DNA of 64,000 nucleotides, taken from NCBI RefSeq assembly GCF_009914755.1, contig NC_060925.1. One strand, 5' to 3'. The stretch is from the human T2T-CHM13v2.0 reference genome, Homo sapiens. Numbering within the stretch: position 1 is the first letter of the stretch; every line of letters begins with the position of its first letter. Below the pieces are notes generated by a model that searched no databases, was not told the DNA's origin, and was given only the letters and a program-made list of their open reading frames with translations. A program made the position numbers and the translations under genes. This document shows positions 1 through 13,825 of this stretch, piece after piece.

Positions 1-142
1 GGTATTATTTCCAAAACCTTCCCTCAGCCTCCCACTCCTCTTCTACTCCCCTGCACTACACCCCCCACCACCACCATCTTTGGGCTGCATTAGATGCCCC
101 TTGTTCACACAGCTGAAGCAATTGTGCATCCATCCTTTATGA

Positions 143-651
<509 letters not shown>

Positions 652-1677
652 TGCTAAAGCATTCTTTTTCTCTCCTTGTGTTTATTGCATTATATTATAG
701 TTTTTTGTATCTACACAATATGCCTTACAAGGTAAAGAAATTTTATCCACTTTATTCAAATATCTGGCACCACAGATGGCACTGCACTTACAAACCAAGG
801 ATCAGGAACTTACTGTGTTGCTGGAGCCTTTTGTTTATTTCTAGGGTCTGGCCTAGAAATTAAAATACGATAGATATTCAGTGAATTATGTAATATATAT
901 TACTAACTTCTTGACCACTTGAAATTCATCTTTTATCTTCTAGCCCATTCCCGTAATCTTGGAGAAATTTACCAGCTTCTTTGTTATCTTGATGTTTCTA
1001 ATTAGAATCTGTTGTATGTGAATGTGGGATTTTTATTTCTTAAGACTATATATACAATTTTGAAAGTAAACTTTTCCTAAGCTTTAATTCTTGGTGTACT
1101 ATACCACTAGCATTTCTCCATTCTATAAAGTATCACTTTCTCTCCTTCATTGGCTTTCTATCTTTGTTCTAGTTTTCCAGATATAGTAAAATAGGCCACA
1201 AAAGCTATGGTAATTATATTGCCCAGTAGTTTTCACTGGGGAAAGATTTTTGAAAGCCTAAATTCGTCTTCAGTTATGGCCACTGGTTCTTCCTTATGTG
1301 CATGTTTCTTTACCTGCTGGAAGTACTTGCACAGGTTACTTAGGCATAGTTTGTTTTAAAGAAAGACATGGTATCTTATTCCATCATTAGTTTTGTGTTT
1401 AAATGCTTAATGAATTTGCTTTACATTCTTTGTTCAGCTGGCAATGTCTGAGGCCCCCTCAAAGGATAATGTGAGTTCCCCTGAACAATCTGGGCAACAG
1501 ATGTCAACCAGGGAGAAGATGCTGGCAGTAGGGTTCCCGGGAGTTGAACATCTGCCTGACCTCCTACTGGGCTCTTCTAATGCTGCAGCCTAAGGTACTT
1601 ACATTCCCTAACCTTAGTGGCTCCACTGTTAAAGCAAGCATGATATTTACTACTCCCTGGTCTTCTAAAAAAGGAAG

Positions 1678-1895
1678 ATCATGGCATAGCAGTATTAACA
1701 AGGACTTTGGAGTCCAAAGACCTGCTTTAAGACTCAATGCTGTTATTCTTTAGCCACGTGACCAGAAACATTTTAAAATCCATTTTCCTTACATCTAAGC
1801 AAAGATATATCTACTTCAGATGCTTAATGAATTAATGCATACAAATATTTAGCAAAGGATGGGACTCATGTTAGGTATTCAGTACATGAAAGTAC
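1678..1895 (+). mobile_element. MIR SINE
   Basis: catggcatag...ggactttggagtccaaagacctg...tagccacgtgacc...ttttccttacatct core and 3' ttagc...taggtattcagtacatg. Confidence 0.7.
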
Positions 1896-4800
1896 CTTAC
1901 TTTCCTGTAATTTTATTCTATGTCATTCCATAACAGTTACTAGAATTCAAGCATATGACTTACTTTGAAATCCTTTTGTTTTTTAATGAAAGAGTGATAA
2001 GTGCATTGAATCACAGCAACAAATTTTATTCTCTGCATGAGGAAATGCAAAAGGTAGCAATAAGGCACAGTGTGGATTTTCTTGGTGCAGCTTTGGAAAT
2101 GGTAATAGATCTCAATGAGCCTCTCTGATAAAGTATTCCCAGGTAACTTTCTCTTGAGTTAGCAGCATGCTAGCCTTGCGTTTTTTCGGATTTTCATGTG
2201 GCTGTCTCTCTTGTCCCAATCACAGGGACCAGAGATTTCAGCCAGTTAATATGTTGCATACTGTGAAGTAGATGCTATTGTAAATTAAGGCAATATATGA
2301 GAATACACTAGAAGCATATAGAAATCATTTGACTGTTTTTTACATTTCCACACTTTTTTGCATAATTACCTAGAGGACACCTTCCAAATCTCCTCAATAG
2401 TCTGTCACAAATCACCTCAAGCTGCACATCATAACAGCTGAGTCCTGAGAAATACTTGAAAAGCAAAGCAACTCTGAGACTCTCCAGTGGCTCCATCCTA
2501 CTCGTTTTCTTTTTCCACAGACTAGATTTTGTGCCTGGGTGATCACTTTTCCTTTAGTAAGAAGTAAATTGTATTTCAGCTGCTGCTGTTAGATGTTTGG
2601 AACTCCACAGCATCTTTGATTGCTGAGACATCGTACACTGCATATAGAGCCAGCTTTAATGACGTGTTCATGGGAAATTAGTCTGCCTCATCAGGCACTG
2701 ACATTCATCACAACTGCTCTGGTAATGGGAGTTGCTGATTTGTTTGCCAAGTAGATGGTTTCTCTGAGATCAATGTTCAAATGGAGCATTATTAGTACTA
2801 ATAATATGCTGAAGTCTGTGCTATAAAGCCCTTCAAGTATTCAATTATTCTTTTCTTAAAATCTGACAAATGCTTCCAAGCTTCAACAACTGGTATTTTT
2901 AACTAGGAGCTTAGCTGTGGTAACTTTTTAAATTTTTTAAATGATGTCAATTTGAGAATTATCTTCTCAGCAGATCCAATATCATTTCCATTCAAAGCAA
3001 ATGCCTAAAATTCATTTAAAAGCAAAACATTCAGAGGCCTTTTGCATTCCTGTGTCCACTCTTGCCTGTTCCTCTGTCAAGAATATTTACCATTTCTCAG
3101 ATACCACTAAGAACATTAAAATTCAGATTTAAAAAGATAATAAATCATATCACGCAAGTTGAGGAAACCCCAACTATCCTTTGTGTTGATCCCAAAGAAA
3201 TCATCGTACATTTTGATTTATAACAAATAGACATATCTTATAAGATTTTAGAAAGTTGCTTATGGCAATGAGCATGTATCTAATAATAAATATGGCAAGT
3301 GCAATTCTCAGCCCACTAACCCAGAAGTGTGAGAAGTATATCTTCCTTTCTTTTTCTGTCACTGAATTTGTTTCTAATTTAAAACCTCATTTGCCCCTGT
3401 TTTTTTTAATTTCAATCCTGGGTCTTTCACATGGGATCAAAACTTTGGGAGGGGGAGATCTAATCTGGTCCTTGGTGTCAGGATTGTTATGCTGGTATCT
3501 ACTATGGCAGCTTCATCTCCTCTGCTCCCTCCTGGGACGTGTAGGTCTGAGTTGTGCTGTCTTGCAGGCCTAACCCCATGGCCCCATGGGGTTTTTCCCT
3601 CATGATTTTGGTGCCCCTCCTTTGGACATGGGCATCGTTTTCTTGCTCCTAGATGACACTAGGCATGAAAATTATGTGGAATTAAAATGCTGTTGACTTG
3701 TAAGTCACCCATGAGCGTATGTATGACTGACCTTGTTCTGTCTCTTGTAGCAGGCTGCAGGGGCACAGGTTTCTGCTACTATTGGCTCTGAAAAACTGTC
3801 AAAGATGTCTGCATTTCTCTCTAATCCCTAGGACTCACAACCAAGGTGGAGAGTAGTACACAGGACCCCTTTACATAAACCAGTAGACTTAAAGCTCTCC
3901 TGGTTTCTCTTCTAAGGCGCTTCCCACACCCATCTGGGAAAAGTGACATTTGTCTCTAGGCAGGAAGCCCTGCTCTGAGTCCTTCATATGCATTTTTTGA
4001 ATCTGTTATTTTGGCCCTGTGTCCCCTTGTGGCCTCTGCTTTCAGCAATAAAAAAGGAAGAAATGGTTCTTTTTTCTTCACTTGCTTCATAAAACCCCTT
4101 TCTAAAGCATTTAAAGTTTAATGGCCAAGCGCTCAAACTGGAGAAGGGTTAAGTAGCGTAAGGAAACATAGGAATAAAACTTTGTTCCAAATTTCATAAT
4201 ACTGTCACACTGCACTCAATATTATTGAGTTCCAAATCTGTTACACTAAGTATTAACAAAATTTCAGGGGAGCTCCCTAAACTATTTATAGAACACTTTG
4301 TTTTCAGCATATAACCAATATTGAAAGCAATGAGTAAAGGGAATCCTAAATATACACGTCTCCTAGGGCTTTACTCTAAATGACTTTGAAATTTTCAGAC
4401 TCTGAAAATTAATTTTCCCAAATCAGGTCCCTTGAAAAGTAGTCTCTACAAATAGAAGGCAGAAGGATGATGAAGATAAGCAGGAGAAGAAAAATACATA
4501 AATTGGCCAGAGACCAAACTATATTTGGCTTCTTGGATTTCAACATTGATTTTATTTTATTTTCCCAAATATTATAAACATCATGAGATCCTATAAACCA
4601 TAACAAGCAGATAGACTGCCTTACTGTACCCCATTTTATATTCTCTTTTCTCTGCAGGCAATAGTCATCTTCATTAACAGCTCTTTGTCTTCCAAGTATT
4701 TGTTTTTTGAATCATTTTTTCTGGCTGAATGAGTTGTTTTTTTCTGAGCTTCCCAAACACTGTGTTGAATTGTTAGAATTAACAACATGTTGTATTCATT

Positions 4801-4954
4801 TGATTAGGTGTTTTACCTTTGTATTACCAATGCTTGGCATAGCATTTGGATGTTCATAACATGTTAAATATGGGGAGAGGAGAGAAGACGAAGAGGTAGG
4901 TAGGTTAGAGTTAAGCTTTTCAAGGTACAGTTGGGCCATAAGGTCCATTGATTT

Positions 4955-6540
4955 CTTCAGTCAGTCAGTTATCCAAAAATACTTATTGAGCAACTACTAT
5001 ATGCTAAGCACAATTTTAAGCATTAGGTTTAATAAAGTGAATGAAATAAAATCCCCACTGAGCTTTCTAAAAGGAAATGAAGACAATAAACAAACTATAT
5101 ATATATACACAAATATAGAATATCAGGTTATAATCAGCAGTCTGAAAAAAATAAAGCAAATAGAAAAATAGAGTGGGTTCCAGATTGGGAGGGTATTCTT
5201 TTATAGAGAGAGCAGTTAGAGAGGTCCAACCACCTCAGATAAGGCTCTATTTGAGCAAAGAACTAAAGAAATAGGAAAACAAACAATGAGATACCAGGGA
5301 TAGAAGGGAAAGGGGAACATTTCATGCAGAGGGAACAGTAAGTACAAGGGCACTGGGGAAAGGCAGTATTCAGTACACTTCAGAAACAGCAAAATGAGGC
5401 AGTAAGGGCAAGCAAGAAGGATGGTAGGGAATTAACCCAAGAGGTCTTTTATGTCAGTATTTTTAGTCTATGACAAAGATTTTGGATTGTATTCTGAATG
5501 AGATGAGAATTCAGCAGAGGATTTTGGAACATAAGATTGGTGTGATCTGATTTATGTTTTTAAAAGATCATTCTGAATGCTGTAGTAGAAAAGCCTGGGA
5601 GTAAGGAGGAGAGCAGGAACACTGGTTAGCAGGTTATTGCAATAGTCTGGATGACAGATGATGGTGGCTTAGGCCACGGTTGGAGAAGTGGAAGGATTCT
5701 GAATATATTTAGAAGACAGACCCAACAGAATTTCCTAATGGAATGATATGGTTTGTTAGACAAAAATCTGCATTAGGGAATGTTTTTTAGATTTGAGAGT
5801 TGACCAGCTCAGTAAATGGTAATGCCATTTCCTGAGAAGAGGAATACAGAGGAAAGAGCTAGTGTGAGGCAGGAAGGGAACAGAGGAATCAAGAGCTGTG
5901 CTCTGAACAAGTCTACTTTGAGATGTCTGTTTGACACATGCAGGTAGAGATGTGGAGTAGGGCGATAAAACAAGAGTCAGCAGTGGAGGGGAGAATGTGA
6001 GGCTGGACATACGAACTTGGAAGTCAGCAGCCTATAAATATTTGTTTAAATCACAGAAATGGGTGAGATTACATAGTTAGTATAGACAGAGGCAGAGGAC
6101 TGAGCTCTGGGCACTCCAATGTTTAGTCAAAATAAGTGAAAAAGAGGTTGAAGAAAAAGAGGTGATCCTCTATCACGAATGTCCTTTGCTGTGATATACT
6201 CCTCTACCTCTTATGTTGAGGGCAGAAAGGTGTCTTCTACCTCTTCCATCCAGGAGCTATGATGTGCTCCTCTACTTCTGCTGTTCAGGTAGGCGAGATT
6301 TTAGGGTGGCATGGTCAGTTGCATCAAATGCAGTCAAATGGCAGGTTAGGAGAAGGAATGAAGATTATGGATTGAATTTGGCAATGAGGTGGTCATTCAA
6401 GACATTGACATAGTCAATTTTAGTAGAGTAGTGGGACTAAAGTGAAGGAATAGCAGAAACATAAAGAGGAAATACATAACTCTTTATGGAAGATTGGCTA
6501 TAAAAAGAGTGGGAAAATAAGGTGCAGTGAAACATGGATT
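4955..6540 (-). mobile_element. L2 LINE 3' portion
   Basis: Starts with inverted L2 tail (cagtcagtcag..atacttattgagcaactactatatgctaagcac), followed by typical purine-rich L2 antisense sequence. Confidence 0.75.
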
Positions 6541-7322
6541 TGGGCAGAAAAAGTGATAATTATAACTTTTAATTTTGAAATGACACTAGCCTTACAAGAT
6601 GTTGCAAAAGTATTACAGAGATCCCACATGCCCTTCACTCAGCCTCATGGTAATGTGAAAGATTTAACAATAAGATATATTACATTTTTGTTTTCTTATG
6701 AGAACTACTCAGTGTATTAGAGAAAATGGATAGTATAGAATAAACTACAACCATGAGGACATTTTGTAGGTGAAGGAATAAGGTCCTGTCAGGCTGTTTC
6801 TATTTCTTCACATGCTCAGCTTCTTATTTAGTAGAGAAATGAGGGCCTATCTGGTGAGAACTCATACATTTTCCCACCAATAGACACCATATACAGCATA
6901 TCTTTCCACTAGGAACAGTCATGTTCATATTTCAGTCAAACTCTTCCACTTCTGCACCAAATCTTATCCCTCAGTTTGGAAATTATTGTTGCATGTAACT
7001 TTGTGTCCCTGCACGATCATAGGTGGCAGCTGTGGCTGTAGTAGATGAAATTCAGAACATCTGGGGCATTCTATGGAGGAGAAAGAAACAAGCTTCTGGA
7101 AGCAGCAACATAGAAGAACATTAATTCTCTCCCCACCCAGTCTCACCTACAGGTAGGTAAGAGAGGAAAGAAATCATTTTTCTGCCATAGCAGTGTCCTC
7201 AAGGAGCAATCAGGCTTTAGTATGAGAAGGTAAGGATACTTTCACAGAAGAGGGTGAGGATATAGGGATTTTACTCATGAAAAGTCATGTCTTTCATAGG
7301 AATAATAAAAGGGTTCAGAGAT

Positions 7323-7639
7323 GGCTGGGCGTGGTACCTCATGCCTGTAATCCCAGCACTTTGGGAGGCTGAGGCGGGCAGATCACTTGAGGCCAGAAGT
7401 TTGAGACCAGCCTGGCCAACATAGTGAAACCCTGTCTGTACTAAAAATACAACAGTTAACTGGGCATGGTGGTACGTGCCTGTAGTCCCAGCTACTCAGG
7501 AGGCTGAAGCAGGAGAATCACTTGAATTCAGGAGGAAGAGGCTGCAGTGAGCCGAGATCATGCCATTGCACTCCAGCCTGGGTGACAGAGCAAGACTCCG
7601 CCTCAAAGAAAAAACAAAACAAAACAAAAACAAAAAAAA
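7323..7639 (+). mobile_element. Alu (AluSx/Sz-like)
   Basis: Full dimeric Alu with (AAAAC)n tail. Confidence 0.95.
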
Positions 7640-8566
7640 CACACCAGCTCAGAAAGTCAAAGGGTTTAAGATTGAGATAGATTAGGGAGAGTATAGAACC
7701 TTACTGGGGAGAATCTAGGCCAAAGATATGATCTGGGAATCTTGGGCTTCATGTAAAGATTGAAATAACTTAGGATAAGAGGAATAATAAGATTAATACT
7801 GATTGTATCTTGAGATAAGAGGGAAAATCAAATCTAATTATAACCTCCTTCCAAGGACTAAATATTTTTGGCAACCTAAGTGAGAAAGTGGAAACGCCAA
7901 TGGGGTGAAAATGGGGTCAGTCAAAATGGGTTGCCTTTGTCCATCTTGGCCCAACTTTGCAAATGTGAATATGGAAGATACATAAGGGGTGGACAAAGAG
8001 AATTTAGTGTATGTCAAAATAGAAATCACTGCTACCCTTCATAAAAAACTATTTATTCTGAATAAGTGGATTCAGAATTTCTCTCATGTTTTGGCCTGAG
8101 ATGAACTAGAGCTTACTGTTTTGTAGTATTTGAAGATAAGGTTTGCTCAGCATATTATTAGTACAAATAATATTGCAGATGTTTAACTTAGAAGAATTCT
8201 TTCAGGGACATTTGCACATGAATGTGTTAAATTGATCCTGTTAGTTACAAATGAGTCATTTCATTTGTTATAAATATATGGTATGAGGGCATTTTCACAC
8301 AGTAAAATCCTGTTTATAATACATTCCAAAAATGCATGCCTCTATAAATGTATAAATTCATGCTTATTCTAGTAGGAAATGTTTTTCCCAATTTTGTCTC
8401 AACACTAGAAAACTTAATTTTGTGCCCAGTTACATAATCTTAGATAACAGTAGCATCTACTCCTGCTTCCTTTATAGTCTTCGTTCTATTGAATACTTAA
8501 ATGTTCAATTTTATAATCATCTATTAACCTGTAAACCACCTCCAGACGATTTCAAAGAAGAGGGAA

Positions 8567-8736
8567 GCAGCATGGTTTAGTATCAAAAAATCCTACAATG
8601 GAAATCTCTCTGATTCTGCCATTAACTAGCTATCAGACCTCCATCAAATCACTTTACCAAATTAGATATAAGTTACTTACAGGGATTGAACTAAATAATC
8701 CTTTGAAGTTTCTTTCAAATCTAAATTCTATGATCT
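8567..8736 (+). mobile_element. MIR3-like SINE
   Basis: tctgccattaactagct core and the MIR3/L3-type 3' end tcaaatctaaattctatgat. Confidence 0.55.
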
Positions 8737-8861
8737 TTAAATCTTAAATTATCAATAAGCCTAATTTTTGTGTGTTTTAACATGAAAATTTCTACATGAA
8801 ATTTCTCATTATCATATTAAAAACTGATCTAAGCTCAACAATTTAAATTAATAAGCACTTA

Positions 8862-9008
8862 TTGTTTTGTTTTGTTTGTTGTTGTTGTTTCTAGAGACAG
8901 AGTCTCGCTGTGTTGCCAAGGCTGGTCACAAACTCCTGGGCTGAAGTGATCCTGCCACCTCGGGCTCCTGTGTAGCTTGGACTAAAGGTGTACACCACCG
9001 TGTCCAGC
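8862..9008 (-). mobile_element. FLAM (Alu monomer)
   Basis: Single Alu arm in reverse (gagacagagtctcgctgtgttgcc...ccaccgtgtccagc) with (TTG)n tail. Confidence 0.85.
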
Positions 9009-9217
9009 AAACATTTATTTAATAATTTAATGGCACATTAATGGGACTTATTAAAAGTGAATGGTATACAAAGACAGACATTGACTATCATTATACTATC
9101 TTCTTTATTACATGGGCCTTTTTAAATATCTTTCTAATTGAAAAATAAATGCATATTGATTATTGAAAATTTACAAAATAAACAAGACAAAAATATTACC
9201 ACCAATTCCAACAATCA

Positions 9218-9430
9218 TTAATTATATATAACATATATAGTATTAATATATTAACTAATATATATATAATTAATATAATATATATTTATGTATTATCTAT
9301 ATATAAAGTATGTGTTTTATAAATATATAAGTATATTATAAATGTGCATTAATAAATGTATATTTATTTATATATTCATAGAAAAGAGGCAAGTGTGTAT
9401 ATTCATAGAAAAGATATCAAAATATATAGA
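9218..9430. repeat. AT-rich low-complexity / degenerate (TA)n
   Basis: Visible TA-rich run. Confidence 0.8.
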
Positions 9431-9624
9431 ATATTCTCCTTTTTGTGAATATACAAATAAATTGTTAGTCCTACTTATGCTAGTTGAGGAATATATTGTT
9501 TCTTAAGCTGTTTTATTCCCCCTTAGATATTAAACATTTCAATATTATTAGAAGTACATATTTTTGAAAAGATAATTTTAATTTTTATCTGTAGCCATTA
9601 TGCAGTAACTGTTACTGAATTTTC

Positions 9625-11108
9625 TTCATAGAAAATGATTAGAAAACTGGACTAAACATGAAACAACAGTTTATAGGCATCAAACAAGCACCACACGTCT
9701 AAAAGAGGAGAGAGAAGCGTGAGTCCTAATACTGCCCTGGCTTCCTGTTTGTAAGCACTTTCTAGACTACAGTGCAAAAATGCAAAGCCCAGGCAGAACA
9801 TGTCTCATGTAGCAGAAGACACAGAAATCAGAGTTTGGGGAAGTCAACACGGCTGGAATTTAAAAGGCAGAGTGCCAGAAAAGAGATATACAAAGAAATA
9901 AAGAAATACAGAACTATGCATAGAGTTGAGGCTTTGGCTGAACACTAAGCTGAGCATGAATAAGGAGAGAGACTCCACGAGTTTGAACAAGGAACTACCA
10001 GGGAAGTAACAACCACTGGGAGTTGCTGAAACAGGACTGGAAGTTGTTTCAATTCTGACCAAAATGAAAACTACTTAATTAAATCCCAGTGCATTTAGTA
10101 AAGACTCCAAAAAGAAAATCTTAGTAGGGCTAAACTAGATCTAATGTACAGACTGCTATAGAACCTTCCTAACAGAGCTAAAAAATAAGCTTTGAAAATT
10201 AGATGGACCTGTAAGTAATGTAATGTAACTGCCTTCCAAACAAACAAGAAACATCTAGCTCTTTAAAAGAGAAAAATATCCATATCATCAACAATATAGT
10301 ATTTATAATGTCTAGCATTTGACCAAAAACTATCAGACATGTGAAGAAAATAGGACTCATTTTAAACAGAAGAAAAATATCAGTCACTAGAAATACACCC
10401 AAATATAATGAAAGTAAACAATTTTTAGAAGTAGTTTCAAGGACTTAAAGAAAAAGATAAACATAATGATATGGAAAAAGAAATATTAAAAAAAAAACAG
10501 AAAGAACCACTAGAGCTAAAAAAAAAAAAAAAAAAGTAGTACTCAAAAAACATACTGGATAGAATTAATAGGAGATTAGACATTTCAGAAGAAAATGTCA
10601 GTTAATTTGGAGATGTTGCAATAGAAACTATCCAAACTGAGGCACATAGAATAAAAGGTGAACTGGAGAAAATTAACAGAGATTTCATGAGCTCTGGAAC
10701 AACATCAAGTGGTCTGAATTTACTTATTCATAACAGGAATAAAAGAGAGGACATCACTACAGATATTATAGACATTTAAAGGTTAACAGATATTGTGAAC
10801 AAATGTATGCCAATAAGTTTGACAACTTAAATAAAATAAACAGATTTGTTGAAAGACACTAATTATCAAAACTGACAAATAGGACATAGAAACTTTGAAC
10901 AGATCCACATCTATGAGGGAAACTGAATTTGTAATATAAACTTTCCTTCAAGTTAAGTCCTGATCCAGGTAGACTGTCTGAATTCTTTCAAACATTTACA
11001 TAGTACACAGATCTTTCACAAACCCTTTCAGAAATCAGAAGAGAATAAAACATTCTCAACTTATTTGCCCTGAAAAACAGAGTGAAAAATTAGAAAAAAA
11101 TAAAATTA
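9625..11108 (+). mobile_element. Old mammalian L1 (L1M) fragment: 5' region, partial ORF1 joined to mid-ORF2
   Basis: ORF1-like gaaactatccaaactgaggc..ctctggaacaacatcaagtgg; ORF2-like ggacatcactacagat...atgccaataagtttgacaactta; many stops. Confidence 0.75.
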
Positions 11109-11109
11109 G

Positions 11110-13158
11110 GAGTAGACATCTGCAAAATGGCAGAATAGGAGGTAACCCTCTCACATCCCCAAACAACAACAAAACTTTTGCACTTATCCACAGACAAAGG
11201 TCTCTCTGCTGGAGCCTTAGGATTCAGATTGGAAGTTGTGAAATCTTAGTGGAGCCCAAGATCTAAAAGTGTCATTTTGAGAATGCAGACTGACACCCAG
11301 TTGGCTGATCTACCAATTACGCTCCTTGGTTCAAGTCTGAAAACAGCCTCATTTCCCAAAGGGCTTGGCTACAGCCCCATATGGCCTTCAGCATGCAACA
11401 AAACCATCAGCCAAGCTGTCCAGGAGAAACTGCACACACTAGTACCTTGTGGAGAGGCTTATCTGTCCACTGACATCAGGGTCAGCAGTGAATGTGAAAG
11501 TTCCCCTGTAGCTTGACCCCAACCCCCTCAGCTGAGGTCCCAGCTCAGAACTGCTAATATAAGGACCTAGAGGGAAATATGACCATATCTCTCAGCTCAA
11601 GAGTCTGAGCCTCCATGATGGGCTTGCCAACATCTGTCCCATAACAGATCTTGAGCATGCCTTGTCTTAGTTCCAGTCCTTCCTGCTGCAGTGGGGAAAC
11701 AATCCTATCTGTGCACAAGCATGCTGGAAAATTCATACCCACACCCATCTAAGCCAACAATATTGGCTCACCACTGTCATCTCACAGAATATCCCAAGGA
11801 AGCCCAGTCTCAGCTTTGGCCCTCCCACAGCAGTTGGATAACTGTACCATCTGTTTAAGAACCTGCTGGGAGAAACATGCGCCTCTGAGCCAATGAAACT
11901 GGGCTCTCCAACCTCCATCCCACAGCAGATTTTGAGGTGGCCTAGTCTCAATTCTGGCTCCACTTATGCTAGTTGAGAAACGACCCCTCCTGTATAGAAA
12001 TTTACTGGGAAACACACGCTTGTCTGAGTCAATGAGACAGGCTTGCCAGCAGCCATCACATAGCAGGTCTTGAGGGGTCCTAGTCTCAGCTTTGGACCCT
12101 CCTGTTACAGTCAAGGAAATACCCCTACTTGTGCAGGGTCCTGCTGGGAGACAAATACCCATTTGAACCAACAAGATGGGCTCACCAGCCTCCATCCCAC
12201 ACAAGATCCTGAGGGGGTGCAGTCTCAACTCCATCCCCTCTGCTGCAGTCAGGGATCTATCACCTGCATAGGGCCTGCTGGGAGGCACATGTGTCTGGGC
12301 CAACAGGACACTCTTCTGGGGGCAGCTCCATGACCAGCTTTTCCACACAGCCCCAGTACGCTCTTTGGGTCTTCCCTAGGTACATTCAGGCCAGAGAGCC
12401 ACATCAACCTTGGAGCTCTCACAAGACTCACAGCAAGCCTGGGATTAGAGCACCCTCTAGTGCTAAGACAACTGCAGTTATCACATGCTCAGAAAACACA
12501 GTTATTACAGGCTCAGAGATCTGCTTGGAATCTCTGGAAAGCCTCTGAATAAGGACTGATATAAACAAAGCCAGACTGTAAAGAATGGAATAAATACCTA
12601 ATCCTTCAATGTGCAGACATTCTCACATGTCTGCAAACATCAGAAATATCCAGGGACTATGACCTCACCAAATGAAAAAAATAAAGCACCAGTGACTAAT
12701 CCAAAGTGATAGAGATCTCTCAAATAAAATAGCTGTTTTAGGGAAGCTCAATGAACTTCAGTAAAACTCAAAGAAACAATTCATGAATTTTTCAGATAAA
12801 ATTAACAAAGAGATTGAAATAAAACAAAAACAGAAATTGTGGAGTTGAAATACATAATGGATGAAATGAAATGAAAAGTACAATAGAGAGCATCAATAGC
12901 AGACAAAAGAATCAATGAGCTTGAAGTCAGGCTATTTGAAAATACATAGAGAAGAAAAGAGAATAAAAAGTAATAAAGAAGGTTTATGGGATCCATGAGA
13001 CAACATTAGAAGAGCATATAGTCAGGAAGAGAAAGCTGGAAAAGTAAAGGTGTAAAAAGCTAAATCAAAGAATTAATACCAGATAACTTTCCAAACCTAG
13101 ATAAATCTATAGATATTCAGGTATAAAAAGGTCAATGGTCACCAATTAGATTGAACCC
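11110..13158 (+). mobile_element. L1 5'UTR plus ORF1 start (L1M1/L1M2/L1MA-type), 3' part lost
   Basis: Begins aaaatggcagaataggagg; GC-richer UTR; ORF1-like gagcttgaagtcaggctatttgaaaatacatag...aactttccaaacctag. Confidence 0.75.
11615..12310 (+). repeat. ~138-bp diverged tandem repeat (about 5 units) inside the L1 5'UTR
   Basis: Anchor (a/t)gtct(c/t)a at 11663, 11806, 11944, 12082, 12221 (spacings 143, 138, 138, 139); shared ctgctgggag and cctccatcccaca motifs. Confidence 0.85.
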
Positions 13159-13333
13159 TGTATTAGCTCATTCTCACACTGCTATGAAGAAGTATCCAAG
13201 ACTGAGTAATTTATAAAGAAAAGAGGTTTAATTGACTCACAGTTCCACATAGCTGCGGAGGCCTCAGGAAACTTGCAATCATGGCAGAAGGCACCTCTTC
13301 ACAGGGTGGCAGGAGAGACAATGAGTGCAAGAG
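13159..13333 (-). mobile_element. THE1/MST MaLR LTR, partial
   Basis: tgtattag..gtaatttataaagaaaagaggtttaattgactcacagttccac; ends abruptly at 13333. Confidence 0.85.
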
Positions 13334-13454
13334 TATTAATAAACTTAATAGATACATTTAACATTTAATGGTAACTGCCATAAGCTTGTTTAGGAGCAAA
13401 CTTTCTAAACTACTAGAGAAAATAGCTGTTACTGTAACGCAGGTGTGGAGTGGT

Positions 13455-13805
13455 TATATTAGTCTGTTCTCACAGTTCTATAAAGAACTGCCCGAGACTG
13501 GGTAATTTATAAGGAAAAGTTTAATTGACTCACACTTCTGCATGGCTGGGGAGGCCTCAGGAAACAATCATGGCAGAAGGGGAAGCAAGCGTATCTTACA
13601 TGGTGACAGGCAAGAGAGAGTGCATGAAGGAGGAACTGTCAAACACTTATAAAACCATCAGATCTTGTGAAACTCACTCACTATCACAAAAACAACATGG
13701 TGGAAATTGTTCCCATGATCCACCTACCTCCCACCACGTTCTTCCCTTAACACCTGAGGATTATGGGGATTAAAATTCAAAATGAGATTTGAATCATGGC
13801 ACACG
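13455..13805 (-). mobile_element. THE1D/MSTA-type solo LTR
   Basis: gagactgggtaatttataagg...aaaaccatcagatcttgtga..actcactcactatca...attcaaaatgagatttg. Confidence 0.9.
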
Positions 13806-13825
13806 TTGCTATACCAAAACACTTT

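Noticed and set aside
11615-12310. CRISPR-like array
   Set aside because: Whole units are homologous with no unique spacers; eukaryotic L1 context; no cas genes
11782-12348. 188-aa minus-strand ORF as a CDS
   Set aside because: Antisense to a GC-rich L1 5'UTR tandem array; no recognisable domain
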